A DNA stretch of 64,000 nt, taken from the NCBI GenBank assembly GCA_017610205.1, contig JAFCCL010000001.1, forward strand, positions 90,805 through 154,804, in the 5' to 3' direction. The stretch is from Candidatus Iainarchaeum sp. Lineage in GTDB: Archaea > Iainarchaeota > Iainarchaeia > Iainarchaeales > GCA-2688035. The position numbers and the translations under genes were made by a program. Shown here piece by piece: positions 1 through 9,447 of the stretch (the first letter of the stretch is position 1; each line of letters begins with the position of its first letter). The notes beneath the pieces were generated by a model. It ran no database searches. It had not been told where the DNA came from and saw nothing but the letters and a program-made list of their open reading frames with translations.

Positions 1-936
1 TTTTCCAAGTTCTAAAATAGCAGAATAGCATTCTTTGCTTGAATTTTTCTTTATAACATCTATTTTTTCTTTCCGTTCTGTTTTTGGATGTGGAATAAAA
101 CGTTCTTTTGCCATTAATAATTTCATTTCCGGTGTTATTTTTCTTTTCAAAAAATTTGAAATCTTTTCAAGTTCTGGTTCTGGTTTTGTTGACAATAATT
201 CATATGTAAGAAAATGTATTCTTTTGCTATAGTTGTCAGGCAGTTTTTTTAAAGATTTTATACTCATTTTGTTCAAAGTTTGCATTGATGTGATTATTCG
301 GTCCATTTCTGACATTTTTGCATATTTATCAGTCCATTGGTATGCAAACCATGGTACTGGTCCATTTTTTCCTTTTATTGGAATGCTAAATACTTTTGGG
401 TCTTTGCCCCATCTTTTTCCATAACCTCTTTTAAACCAAGAGTATGTTAGATCAACAGGGTTTCTTTTGATTTTAATTACTTTTAATTTTGGGTAAATAT
501 CAAAAAAGAGTTTTATATTTGACATGGCTTCATGCAAAACAAACGGAAAAATTTTTTCGCTTTTTTTTATTTTTTGCACTGCTGAATCACCGTCTTCTTC
601 AAATAATCGTTTCATATAACTATCTGCCTTTGGAGAATTAGTGATGCTGCTTTTGTCAGAAAAACGAAAATTAAGATTTCGGCCAATTACCCTGTTATAA
701 ACAAAGTTATCAATTTGGCTTCCGATAATGGCTTTTGCAGTTTCTTTTTCAATAAATCCAAGCATATTTAGTTGTGAAATTTGTTCAGGTATACTAAAAT
801 ACAGGAATTTTTCGACATTTTCAAATCCTTCGATTAGGTTTGCTAAAAACATTTTTCCTGCTCTGGTGTGCCCGTCAAGAAAAATAATATTTTCAACAAG
901 TTTTGCTCTTTCACTTAAATGAATTTCTTTTGACAT
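1..936 (-). CDS. Sulfotransferase-family (PAPS-dependent, P-loop) protein; 3' end runs off the window
   Basis: Not in the ORF track because it has no stop in the window. Manual translation from ATG 936 gives MSKEIHLSERAKLVENIIFLDGHTRAGKMFLANL...IKRNPVDL...FLTYELL, resembling the 5'-PSB loop (G.xRSGT), 3'-PB (RDP.D) and YE.L motifs of sulfotransferases. The frame is open to position 1. Confidence 0.7.
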   Translation of the reverse strand, partial: MSKEIHLSERAKLVENIIFLDGHTRAGKMFLANLIEGFENVEKFLYFSIPEQISQLNMLGFIEKETAKAIIGSQIDNFVYNRVIGRNLNFRFSDKSSITNSPKADSYMKRLFEEDGDSAVQKIKKSEKIFPFVLHEAMSNIKLFFDIYPKLKVIKIKRNPVDLTYSWFKRGYGKRWGKDPKVFSIPIKGKNGPVPWFAYQWTDKYAKMSEMDRIITSMQTLNKMSIKSLKKLPDNYSKRIHFLTYELLSTKPEPELEKISNFLKRKITPEMKLLMAKERFIPHPKTERKEKIDVIKKNSSKECYSAILELGK

Positions 937-1072
937 TTATACAAACTCCTTTTTTGATAAGAAAATGTTTTTTAGTTATCTTATTTTTAAAATTTAATTA
1001 ACTAATAAATACTTTTTACTGCAAACATATATATATATTGATTTTTGGTGCATTTTCAATTTATAAATTTCT

Positions 1073-2857
1073 CTATTTTAACAATCTGATAATTCTTTCA
1101 GTTGCTTTTCCATCCTGTTTAAATCCAAATTCATATAAAAATTTGGCTACTTTTTTTTCATGGGCTTTTTTGTTATCTTTTTCTTTCAAAAACTTTTGAA
1201 TTGATTTCTTAAAGTTGTCTTTTTTTCCGGTAATTCTTTTAATTCCTTCAAAAAGAGTCTGGTCTTTAGTTTTTCTATAGATTGCTGTTGGCTTTTTTAA
1301 AGCCATTGCTTCAAGACCAATAATTGGTGAAATGGCTATTACTGCATCTGCACAGTTAATAAGCCGATGTAAATCTGTTTTATTTAAAAGAATTGCCTTT
1401 CCTTTGCTGTTTGTTATTATTTTAGCATAATCTTTTTTGTTTTCAAATGCGTGGATTTTAATAACAAGTTTTGTATTTTTGATTTCTTTTACTGCTTCCA
1501 TTGCTGCAGAAGCAATTTCAATTGGCAAAACTTTGTTTTTTTCAACTGGTTGGGTTACAAGTACCACCAACTTTTCTTTTTTGGAAACACCAATGCTTTT
1601 TCTAAAAGAATACCCGTTGGTTTTCTTGTTATACAAAACATCAAAGCGCGGAGACCCTGTAATAGAAATTTTTTTGCCAGGGACCATTTTTTTTTCCAAA
1701 TTTTTTTTGTAATGAGGTCCCCAAACAGCAATTTTGTCTGCTACAACTGGTGCAAACCCCCTTATGAAATCAGGTTGGTTTGTGTTTGCGCTGAAAAGTC
1801 CGTGTTGTACAACCACGCTTTTTGCATTAATTTTTTTTGCAAGAAGTACACAAATTCTTTCAAATGGAATCCAATCTTCCCAAACAACAACTGCACACGG
1901 CTTTTTTTCCTTAAACTCTTTCAAAAGCATTTCAATAAGGAAAACAAATTCTGGCCAGTCCCTTTCACTAAAGCGTGGCATGAATTTGAAAAAAACATCT
2001 GCGAAGTTAATGTCATTAAAAACCATTTTTTTTCTAAATTTTGATTTTTCAGAAAGTTCTTTGAAAAGTCCTTTGAAAAAAATTCTTTTTTCTTTTTTTG
2101 TTTTTACAAATCTTTTTGCATTCCATGGCATTAAAATTTTTCTTACAACAAAGTTGTCAAGTGAACTAACTGAAAAACTATTGTTTTTTTCAACTTCTTT
2201 TGAAAAGCGGTCTAGATAGCCATTACTTTTTACAAAAACAATATCTGCTCCGTTTTTTATGATTATTTTTTCTTTCAAAATTGAAAAAACTTTTTTTTGA
2301 AAATCTGCAATTTTTTTCTTGTTAAAATTTAATTTTCTTTTTTTTTCTAATGGTTGTTCTATTTCAATTTCTTTAAATCTTGCAGATGTTGCTTTTGCAA
2401 CTGCCTTTGCGCAGTCACTTGAAAAACTGTCTTTAATGCCAATAAAAGTTTTGGTTTTTTCACACTTTGCGGCATTAATGCCTGAGTTTATTGCAAGGAA
2501 AGTTTGTCTAAAAAGGTTGTAAATTGCAAAATCTGAAACAAAACCAAGTGAAATTTCTTTCATTGTGCTTGCCTGTTCGATTTTTTTGTCAAATTTGTAC
2601 CAATTTCTTGAAAAAAACAATGCCTTTTTATTAATAAAATAAAGTTCTCTATCTGAAACAAGGTCTGTTTCTTCAAAAACTTTAATGTTTTTTGCAAAAA
2701 TTCTTTGCCCTGGCCAAAATTCAAGACAAATGCATTTTATTATTACATTTGGTTTTTTTGCAGCAAATTTGAGAACTCCATCAAATTCTTTTCTGTTTGA
2801 AGCAAACGCAATAATGTTTTCCATTTTTTTTCTGTTTGAAGAAGTGATTTTTTCCAT
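1073..2857 (-). CDS. GT-B fold surface-carbohydrate biosynthesis protein (CDP-glycerol glycerophosphotransferase / capsule-biosynthesis-like C-terminal domain)
   Basis: 594 aa. C-terminal half has VVQHG, DKIAVWG, ITGSPRFD, VIKIH and LINCADAVI motifs typical of TagF/capsule polymerase-like GT-B proteins. Confidence 0.6.
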   Translation of the reverse strand: MEKITSSNRKKMENIIAFASNRKEFDGVLKFAAKKPNVIIKCICLEFWPGQRIFAKNIKVFEETDLVSDRELYFINKKALFFSRNWYKFDKKIEQASTMKEISLGFVSDFAIYNLFRQTFLAINSGINAAKCEKTKTFIGIKDSFSSDCAKAVAKATSARFKEIEIEQPLEKKRKLNFNKKKIADFQKKVFSILKEKIIIKNGADIVFVKSNGYLDRFSKEVEKNNSFSVSSLDNFVVRKILMPWNAKRFVKTKKEKRIFFKGLFKELSEKSKFRKKMVFNDINFADVFFKFMPRFSERDWPEFVFLIEMLLKEFKEKKPCAVVVWEDWIPFERICVLLAKKINAKSVVVQHGLFSANTNQPDFIRGFAPVVADKIAVWGPHYKKNLEKKMVPGKKISITGSPRFDVLYNKKTNGYSFRKSIGVSKKEKLVVLVTQPVEKNKVLPIEIASAAMEAVKEIKNTKLVIKIHAFENKKDYAKIITNSKGKAILLNKTDLHRLINCADAVIAISPIIGLEAMALKKPTAIYRKTKDQTLFEGIKRITGKKDNFKKSIQKFLKEKDNKKAHEKKVAKFLYEFGFKQDGKATERIIRLLK

Positions 2858-3955
2858 TCAATCACCTAAAATTGAGGCATATGCTGCAGCAGTTTGCTTT
2901 GCAGCCGCCTTCCAAAGGAATTTTTTTTCAATGTGCTTTCGCAATCCTGACTTGCTTCCGCTTACAAGAATTTTTTCAATTTTTTCCCTGATGTCACTAA
3001 TTCTTCCTGGATTAACGTAAAGGGCGTAGTTTTCAAAATATTCTTTGGTACAGCCTTCCTGTGTAATTATAATGTCTGCTCCTGCAAGTCCTGCTTCAAG
3101 AGCTGCAAGGCCAGGTGTTTCATACCAGCTTGGCAGTGCAAAAACCCTGCATGCAGCGTAGGCAGATGAAAGCAACTCATCGTTATGTAGCATGGGTTTT
3201 AGAAATACAACATCTTTTCCTGCCACTTCAAGACATTTTTTGTAATATTCACTGCTGTTTGATGTAGGTCCTCCAATAATTACAAGTTTTTCGTTTACTC
3301 CTTTCATTGCTTTAATCAGTGAAAGCACATTTTTTCTTTCCTCTATTCTTCCTACATACAGTACAAAATTCTTTAATCCAAATCTTTTTTCAAAAACTTC
3401 TGGTTTTGCTTTTGCAAACCTTGCATCAACACCGTTTCTTACAATGTGAATTTTTCTTTCATCTGCGTGAAAAATTTTTTTCAAAACATTTGCTTCTGCT
3501 TTGCTATTTGGTAGCAGAACATCTGCTGTTCTTACAATTTGTTTTGCTTTTGAAATTCCAATTCGTTTTGCAAGCTCTGCTGCAACAGCTTTTCCCTTTC
3601 CTTTCACTCCCTTGTTCCACAATATTGCGCTTTTAAGCGAAGGCCAGTAAATTGTACTTACTGCAATTGGAATTCCTGCTTTTTCTGCCTGCATTACAAA
3701 TGGGTAATTGTCTCTGTGAATGTTAAAATTGTGAAACAAATCAAATTCGGAAAAATCAACGGCGTAATCTTGTTCTTCAAGAATTTTTACTTCAAAGCCA
3801 AGATTTTCCAGCTCTTTTTTTGTTTCAAGTAATTGTATTTCTCCTCCGCCAGGGCTTTTGAAAGAGCCTGGTGAAGTGTTGAACAAAATTTTCTTTGCAG
3901 CTTTTGAATTTTTCTTCATTGCTTTTGAATCTTTCGTCCTTTTAGAATCTTTCAT
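2858..3955 (-). CDS. Glycosyltransferase family 4
   Basis: GGGEIQ, YVGRIEERKN, FALPSWYETPGLAALEA (ExxGxxxxE). Confidence 0.9.
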   Translation of the reverse strand: MKDSKRTKDSKAMKKNSKAAKKILFNTSPGSFKSPGGGEIQLLETKKELENLGFEVKILEEQDYAVDFSEFDLFHNFNIHRDNYPFVMQAEKAGIPIAVSTIYWPSLKSAILWNKGVKGKGKAVAAELAKRIGISKAKQIVRTADVLLPNSKAEANVLKKIFHADERKIHIVRNGVDARFAKAKPEVFEKRFGLKNFVLYVGRIEERKNVLSLIKAMKGVNEKLVIIGGPTSNSSEYYKKCLEVAGKDVVFLKPMLHNDELLSSAYAACRVFALPSWYETPGLAALEAGLAGADIIITQEGCTKEYFENYALYVNPGRISDIREKIEKILVSGSKSGLRKHIEKKFLWKAAAKQTAAAYASILGD

Positions 3956-6021
3956 TACGTTCGCCCCATTGCCTTTTTTGCCTTGTGCTTTAGTCCTCTT
4001 TTCAATGAATCAATTCTTTTGTCTTTTTCTGATTTAAATATTCTAATTTCAAGCCCTGATTTTAGCACTGCTCCAAACTTGGCTTTGTATGCAGGGCTTC
4101 CTCCAAGCAAATCAAATTCCTTAATGCCCCTGCTGCAGCAATATTCTATTGCCTTAATGAACAAAACATTTCCAATGCTCTGTTTTGGATTGTAATTTTT
4201 TCCAAATCCTATATTGAGTACACTAAATTTCTTTCCTTGTTCTATTGCCAAAAGAATTCCTGCAAGCTTGTTGTCAAGTTTTAGGTTTAGGAAACGCAAT
4301 TTTCCCTCTGCTGCTGCATTAAAGCAGGATTGTTTGTAGATTGCCCGAAACTCTTCCTCTTCCAACACCGTTTTTTCGCCTTTTCTTTCCATATTTTCAA
4401 AATGCAGTCTTAGGAAATCCTTCCATTGCTTTTCAAATTCTTTTGCGTTTGAAACAATCTCCACTTTAATTTTAAATTCTCTTCCAAGCCTGTTTAAATC
4501 GTTTCTTTGATTTTTTCGCAGTTTTTTCTTAAGTCCTGCCCAATATTTTTCCATTGTATTAGGAAGTTCTACTACTGCGCAGGCATCGCCTTGTTCTAAT
4601 GCAATTTCAATTCCTTCTTTTTTGCATTTTTCCTGCAGTGCTTTCATAAACAAGGGCTTGTCAACCAAATGTCTGAAGAAAATACTTTTCCAATCAGGGT
4701 TTGCAAAAACAAATTCAATAATTTTTTCAGCAACCTTTTTTTCTTTTCCTTTTTCTGACAAAAAGTCAAGGTGGTATGAAAAGTCCTGTGCCAACAGCCC
4801 AAGTTTTTTGTTTTCAACTGAAAAGAATGCAAGTCCCAATGGTTTTCCCTTGCTTCCTGCAATTGCAACCAATGCATTGCCTTTCTTTTCCTCTGCCATT
4901 ATCCAGGGCATTAGCCAGGAGGGTGATAGGAAAAAATTGTCTGACTTTTTGGCAAGCGAATTCCATTCCCTTTCAATGTCTTTAACTTTTCCGCCTGCTT
5001 CAAAACTTTCAGCGCAGCCTGCCTTTGTTCCTGTCGCTTTTGTACTTTTTGCTTTTGCACTGCCTGCCATTGCAGCATAGCCTTTGCTTTGGTAAAGCTT
5101 TCTTTTTGAAACAATGTCTTTTGTGTCCTTTAAATTAAGCCAGTAGGCTTCAATCAGCCATGGAAAGCGCATGCTGAAAGCATTTTTTCCAAGCCTTAGG
5201 CTTTCCCAAAATGCCGCCTTTGCAAGCCTTCTTTTTGGAAAATGCAAAAGCATATACCTTATTCTGTTTCTGTTCAATGCCAAAAACTTCCATTTGCTTG
5301 GTTGTGCATTTGTTGCAGCTGATTCATAGTGAATTATTTTGCTTTTTGGAGTAAACATTATTTTAAATCCGGCTTTTCTTGCCCTTGCACAGTAGTCCGA
5401 ATCCTCAAAATATATTGGAAAAAAGCCTTTGTCAAGTACTCCAATTGCATCAATTACTCTCCTTTTGACAAAAAATGCCCCTCCTGAAACCATTTCTGCT
5501 TCCCCTTCCTCTTTTTTGAAGCTGTCTCTTGAAATTCCCTTATTATCAACAAAGCCTGGTCCAAAAATCGTGTTTTTGTGCGCGGCGTTTGGAAACCATG
5601 GTCCAAGAATGCCAACATCCTGCCTTTTATCTGCAAGTTCAACCAATGGCTTAAGCCAGTTCTTTGTAACCTTTGTGTCATTGTTTAGCAGAAGAATAAA
5701 TTCTCCTTCAGAAACTTTTATTCCTGCATTGTTGCCTCCGCCAAAGCCAAGGTTTTTGCCACTAAGCACGAGCTTTTGCACCTTTCCATTTTTTTTCATT
5801 TTTTTGAGCAGTTCAATGCTTCCGTCAGTGCTTCCATTGTCTGAAACAACAATTTCAAATTTTTTGTATGAGGTGTTTTTCAGAATTGAATCAATGCAGT
5901 CTTTTAGAAAGTGCTTTCCATTCCAATTTAGAATAATAATCGAAACAAGTCCCTCTTTCACTGGCTTCATTTTTGAAACAATCCCTTTTTTCTCAGGCTT
6001 CATAGGCTCCATTTGCTTCAT
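3955..6021 (-). CDS. Fusion of a GT2 glycosyltransferase (WbbL-like) and a GNAT/FemAB-like (CelD/BcsL, Acetyltransf_6) domain
   Basis: N-half: SIIILNWNG, DNGSTDGS, LLNND, YFEDSDYC. Ala/Lys/Thr linker. C-half: NFFLSPSWLMPW, KKLRKNQR, SIGNVLF, FDLLGGSPAYKAKFG. Confidence 0.8.
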   Translation of the reverse strand: MKQMEPMKPEKKGIVSKMKPVKEGLVSIIILNWNGKHFLKDCIDSILKNTSYKKFEIVVSDNGSTDGSIELLKKMKKNGKVQKLVLSGKNLGFGGGNNAGIKVSEGEFILLLNNDTKVTKNWLKPLVELADKRQDVGILGPWFPNAAHKNTIFGPGFVDNKGISRDSFKKEEGEAEMVSGGAFFVKRRVIDAIGVLDKGFFPIYFEDSDYCARARKAGFKIMFTPKSKIIHYESAATNAQPSKWKFLALNRNRIRYMLLHFPKRRLAKAAFWESLRLGKNAFSMRFPWLIEAYWLNLKDTKDIVSKRKLYQSKGYAAMAGSAKAKSTKATGTKAGCAESFEAGGKVKDIEREWNSLAKKSDNFFLSPSWLMPWIMAEEKKGNALVAIAGSKGKPLGLAFFSVENKKLGLLAQDFSYHLDFLSEKGKEKKVAEKIIEFVFANPDWKSIFFRHLVDKPLFMKALQEKCKKEGIEIALEQGDACAVVELPNTMEKYWAGLKKKLRKNQRNDLNRLGREFKIKVEIVSNAKEFEKQWKDFLRLHFENMERKGEKTVLEEEEFRAIYKQSCFNAAAEGKLRFLNLKLDNKLAGILLAIEQGKKFSVLNIGFGKNYNPKQSIGNVLFIKAIEYCCSRGIKEFDLLGGSPAYKAKFGAVLKSGLEIRIFKSEKDKRIDSLKRGLKHKAKKAMGRT

Positions 6022-6872
6022 TTATGTAGCCTCCTTGAAATCTTTTTCTTTTCAACGCGCATTAACTGTCCTTTGTAAAATGATTTCATTTTCCTGTTTT
6101 TGCTTTTTTTGGCTTCTACAAAAACATTGTGTTCATTCCACGTTGTTTTTCTTTGCTTAAACTTTTTCTTTTTCCAAAAGTTAGCATACTCTGTCAGGTT
6201 TGTAAACCAAACGTCGTCAAGTTCCTTAACTTTTTCAAAAATCTTTTCAAGCACTTTTGGATGCGCTCCAATTCTTCCTGTGGGGTGCCCGTACAAAAAT
6301 ATCGGAATCTGTTTTTCGTAAAGCAGTTTAATTATTTTGTCAAAATATTCAATTGCCTCTTTTTCATTATAGCCTGATTCAAAAAGGCTTCCAAGGCAGA
6401 TTGGGTGAATTGGAACCTGAAGAACCTTTGACTTTTTTCCGTTACCCTTGGGGTAAAATGGAAATATGTTTTTTCCTTTTCTGAATTCACTGCTGTATTC
6501 ATATCCTGTTTTTTCCAGTGCACTTCCAAGTTCTTTGTTCCAAAACCCAAACGGTGCAGCAAAGCCGCTGCATTTAACACCCATTTCCTGCAGCAATTTA
6601 TCTCCCTTCATTATGTTCTCAAAATTTTTCACACTGTCCTTAAACGTTTCGTGAAGAAAAGCGTGGTTTTGCACATCCTGTGTTTTTGCAATTCTTTTTA
6701 TTTCGCGTTCGTGAAATTGGCCCGTTTCCATATTCACAAACCAGGTCATATCGATTTCGTGCTTTTCTGCAGCCTTCAAAGTTTTTTCAACGTGCTTTGG
6801 GTGAAAAAAATCAAGGTCTATTCTGAATGCAAAAATTCCCTTGTGGCCGTTGAATTCTTTTTTCTTTTCCAT
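6018..6872 (-). CDS. Polysaccharide deacetylase (NodB/CE4-like)
   Basis: FRIDLD, QNHAFLH, GFAAPFG, YSSEF and YGHP motifs. Confidence 0.8.
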   Translation of the reverse strand: MEKKKEFNGHKGIFAFRIDLDFFHPKHVEKTLKAAEKHEIDMTWFVNMETGQFHEREIKRIAKTQDVQNHAFLHETFKDSVKNFENIMKGDKLLQEMGVKCSGFAAPFGFWNKELGSALEKTGYEYSSEFRKGKNIFPFYPKGNGKKSKVLQVPIHPICLGSLFESGYNEKEAIEYFDKIIKLLYEKQIPIFLYGHPTGRIGAHPKVLEKIFEKVKELDDVWFTNLTEYANFWKKKKFKQRKTTWNEHNVFVEAKKSKNRKMKSFYKGQLMRVEKKKISRRLHK

Positions 6873-6874
6873 GT

Positions 6875-7972
6875 TTATTCCCTCAAAATTATTTCAACAA
6901 TCTTCTGGCTTGTCTTTCCGTCTCCAAAAGGGCATGGCTCTTTTTCAAGTCTTTTCTTCAATTCAGGGTAATTTTCCATTGCCTTTTTGCTTTCTTCAAC
7001 TATTTTTTCTTTGCAGTAGCCTGTCAGTCTTCCAAACTTTTCTAATATTTCTGGTCGTTCTGTATTGTCTCTTAGAATAACAATCCATTTTTTGTAAACG
7101 CTTGCCTCTTCCTGAATGCCTCCGCTGTCCGACAGCAAAAACATTGCGTTGCTTGCAAGCTTTAGAAAATCAAAATAGCCAGCTGGCTCAATAAACTGCA
7201 GGTTTGGAATTGCTTTTGCTTTTTTAAGCAAGTTAAATGCCGTAAGGTTCTTCAAAGTTCTTGGATGGGCAGGGAACACGACCTTTATGTCAATTTCTGC
7301 GATTGCTGAAAGTAATTCTTCCAAATTTTCTTTTTTGTCAACATATTCCTGTCTGTGGGCTGTAAGAACTGCATATTTTTCCGGCGTTAACCCAAGTGTT
7401 TCAAGAATTTTTGAGTCTTTTGCCTTTTCAAGGTTTTTTTGCACTGCTTCAACTATTGTGTTGCCTGTTAGGAAAATCTTGGCTTCCTCTATTTTATCAT
7501 CCTGCAAATGTTTTACTGCAATATCTGTTGGGGCAAAAGCATAATCTGCAAGTTTGTCTGCTTCAATCCTGTTTTTTTCTTCCGGCATTCTTTCATCAAA
7601 GCTTCTTAGCCCTGCTTCAACATGGGCAAATTTTGTGCCTATATCTTTTGCTGCAAGGGCTGCTGCAAGAACACTGTTTGTGTCCCCTTCTGCAATCACA
7701 ATTTCTGGTTTTTCTTTTAAAAAAAACTCACCCAGCTTTTTTTCCATTAGTGTAACCTGTTTTTCATTGCCTCCGCCGCTTATTCCTAAATTTATGTCAA
7801 TTTTTGGCAGTTCAAGTTCTTCCATAAAAATCTGGCAAAGGTTGTAATCATAATGCTGTCCTGTGAAAGCAATTACTGTTTTTGCTTCATGATGTTCTTT
7901 TAAAAGTCTTATGAGCTCTGCGAGTTTTATTATTTCTGGTCTTGTTCCAAGGACAATTGCAATTTTTTTCAA
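6875..7972 (-). CDS. wecB: UDP-N-acetylglucosamine 2-epimerase (non-hydrolysing)
   Basis: GTRPEIIK, TGQHYD, GDTNS, HVEAGLRS, PEEKNR, DSGGIQEEA, RDNTERPE. Confidence 0.93.
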   Translation of the reverse strand: MKKIAIVLGTRPEIIKLAELIRLLKEHHEAKTVIAFTGQHYDYNLCQIFMEELELPKIDINLGISGGGNEKQVTLMEKKLGEFFLKEKPEIVIAEGDTNSVLAAALAAKDIGTKFAHVEAGLRSFDERMPEEKNRIEADKLADYAFAPTDIAVKHLQDDKIEEAKIFLTGNTIVEAVQKNLEKAKDSKILETLGLTPEKYAVLTAHRQEYVDKKENLEELLSAIAEIDIKVVFPAHPRTLKNLTAFNLLKKAKAIPNLQFIEPAGYFDFLKLASNAMFLLSDSGGIQEEASVYKKWIVILRDNTERPEILEKFGRLTGYCKEKIVEESKKAMENYPELKKRLEKEPCPFGDGKTSQKIVEIILRE

Positions 7973-9414
7973 GCAACAACCCCCTTTTCAAAAATTTCTT
8001 CCAAAATTCGTCCATCAAGTCCTTTTGGTTGTTTTACTTTCATAAGTTTCATTATTGTTGGAGCCAAATCAAATATGCTTGCCTTGCCTGCATCAAATCC
8101 TTTTTTTATTCCGTTGCCTTTTACTATAAAAACTCCGTCTTTGTGGTGTGTCGCAATCCATCTGCTTCCAAGTTCAAATATTTCCTTGCCTCCAAGCGGG
8201 CTGCAGACTTCGCACCATGGTTTTGCAAGTGTTATTAGGTCAGGTGCTTTGTCTAAATAAGGTCCGTTGTAAATTTCTTCTTTTGAAAAAATTTTTTCAA
8301 TTACTGTGTCGCCTGTTCCAGGAAGTCTTACTTCCAAAAGCTTTTCTTTAATCTCTTTTGCAATATGCTTTCGTTCCACTTCTGAAAGATTTGGATTTAT
8401 ATAAAAGAGATTGCTTGCGTGGCTGATTACTTTACTTTTTTTCCAGTCAAACAAATATCCTTTGGCTTCGCCTCCGATTAAACCATGGCTTGACTTGATT
8501 TTCTTAGTTACCTTTGCAGGAACAAGTTTTTTTACAATTTTTTCAAGACCGAGTTTTTTAAGAAGTCCAACTGCTGTTTCTTTGTTAATTCCCAATTTAA
8601 ACAATGTGTTTGTCATACCCTCTTTTGTTTTTTGATAACCTTCTTTTTGCAGCCATATATTTGCCAAAAACATTGCCTTTAGTCTTGCAAAGCCATGGTC
8701 TGACATTATAATAAAAGTACAGTCCCTGCCTGCCTTCTGCATTGTTTTTCCAATGCATTCGTCAATTTTTTTGAAAATCTTTTTGGAAAAGTCGTCATTC
8801 CAGTAAAAATGCATAATGTAATCTGTGAAAACAATTGTAAGATGCAAAAAGTCTGCTTTGTCAAGGTTTGCGTCCAAAATGTCAAACCTTGTTTCAATCA
8901 ATGAAAAAATCTCATCTTTTAGTTCGTCTGTAGGCAAATCAAGCCTGCCTTCAACGTCTGGTTTGTAGTTAAATTTTTCTTTGAGTTCTTTTTGAAGTTT
9001 TTTTGGATATGTGTAATTGTCATAATTTGGCGGTTCAATGCTTCCAATCATAAAACCGTTGATTTTTTTTGGAGGATATGTTGTTGGCATGTCAATTACA
9101 CCAACCTTTTTTCCTGCTGCTCCCAAATAATCCCAAATTTCTTTGCTTTTGTAATTTGTTGAATCAACCGGTGTAATTTTTCCGCTCTCAAAATCAATAT
9201 CTGTTCTTGAGAACACCCCAAGCTTGGCTGCATTCTTTCCCGTGCTGTAATATTTCCAGGCAGGGCAGGTAAGTGGTGGTGTTTGTGTTTCCAAAATGCC
9301 CGCGCTTCCTTCTTTAACCATTTTTGCAAGGTTTGGAAGTTCATTTCTTTCAACCCACGGTTTTAGAATTTTCCAGGTAACCCCATCCAATCCAATTACT
9401 ACAACTTTTGCCAT
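7969..9414 (-). CDS. Alkaline phosphatase superfamily type I phosphodiesterase / nucleotide pyrophosphatase
   Basis: VIGLDG, PPLTCPAW..TG, SDHGF, H..DGVF, DLAPTI. Confidence 0.85.
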   Translation of the reverse strand: MAKVVVIGLDGVTWKILKPWVERNELPNLAKMVKEGSAGILETQTPPLTCPAWKYYSTGKNAAKLGVFSRTDIDFESGKITPVDSTNYKSKEIWDYLGAAGKKVGVIDMPTTYPPKKINGFMIGSIEPPNYDNYTYPKKLQKELKEKFNYKPDVEGRLDLPTDELKDEIFSLIETRFDILDANLDKADFLHLTIVFTDYIMHFYWNDDFSKKIFKKIDECIGKTMQKAGRDCTFIIMSDHGFARLKAMFLANIWLQKEGYQKTKEGMTNTLFKLGINKETAVGLLKKLGLEKIVKKLVPAKVTKKIKSSHGLIGGEAKGYLFDWKKSKVISHASNLFYINPNLSEVERKHIAKEIKEKLLEVRLPGTGDTVIEKIFSKEEIYNGPYLDKAPDLITLAKPWCEVCSPLGGKEIFELGSRWIATHHKDGVFIVKGNGIKKGFDAGKASIFDLAPTIMKLMKVKQPKGLDGRILEEIFEKGVVA

Positions 9415-9447
9415 TTTTTCACTTCCAAAACATATATATCCTTTTTT

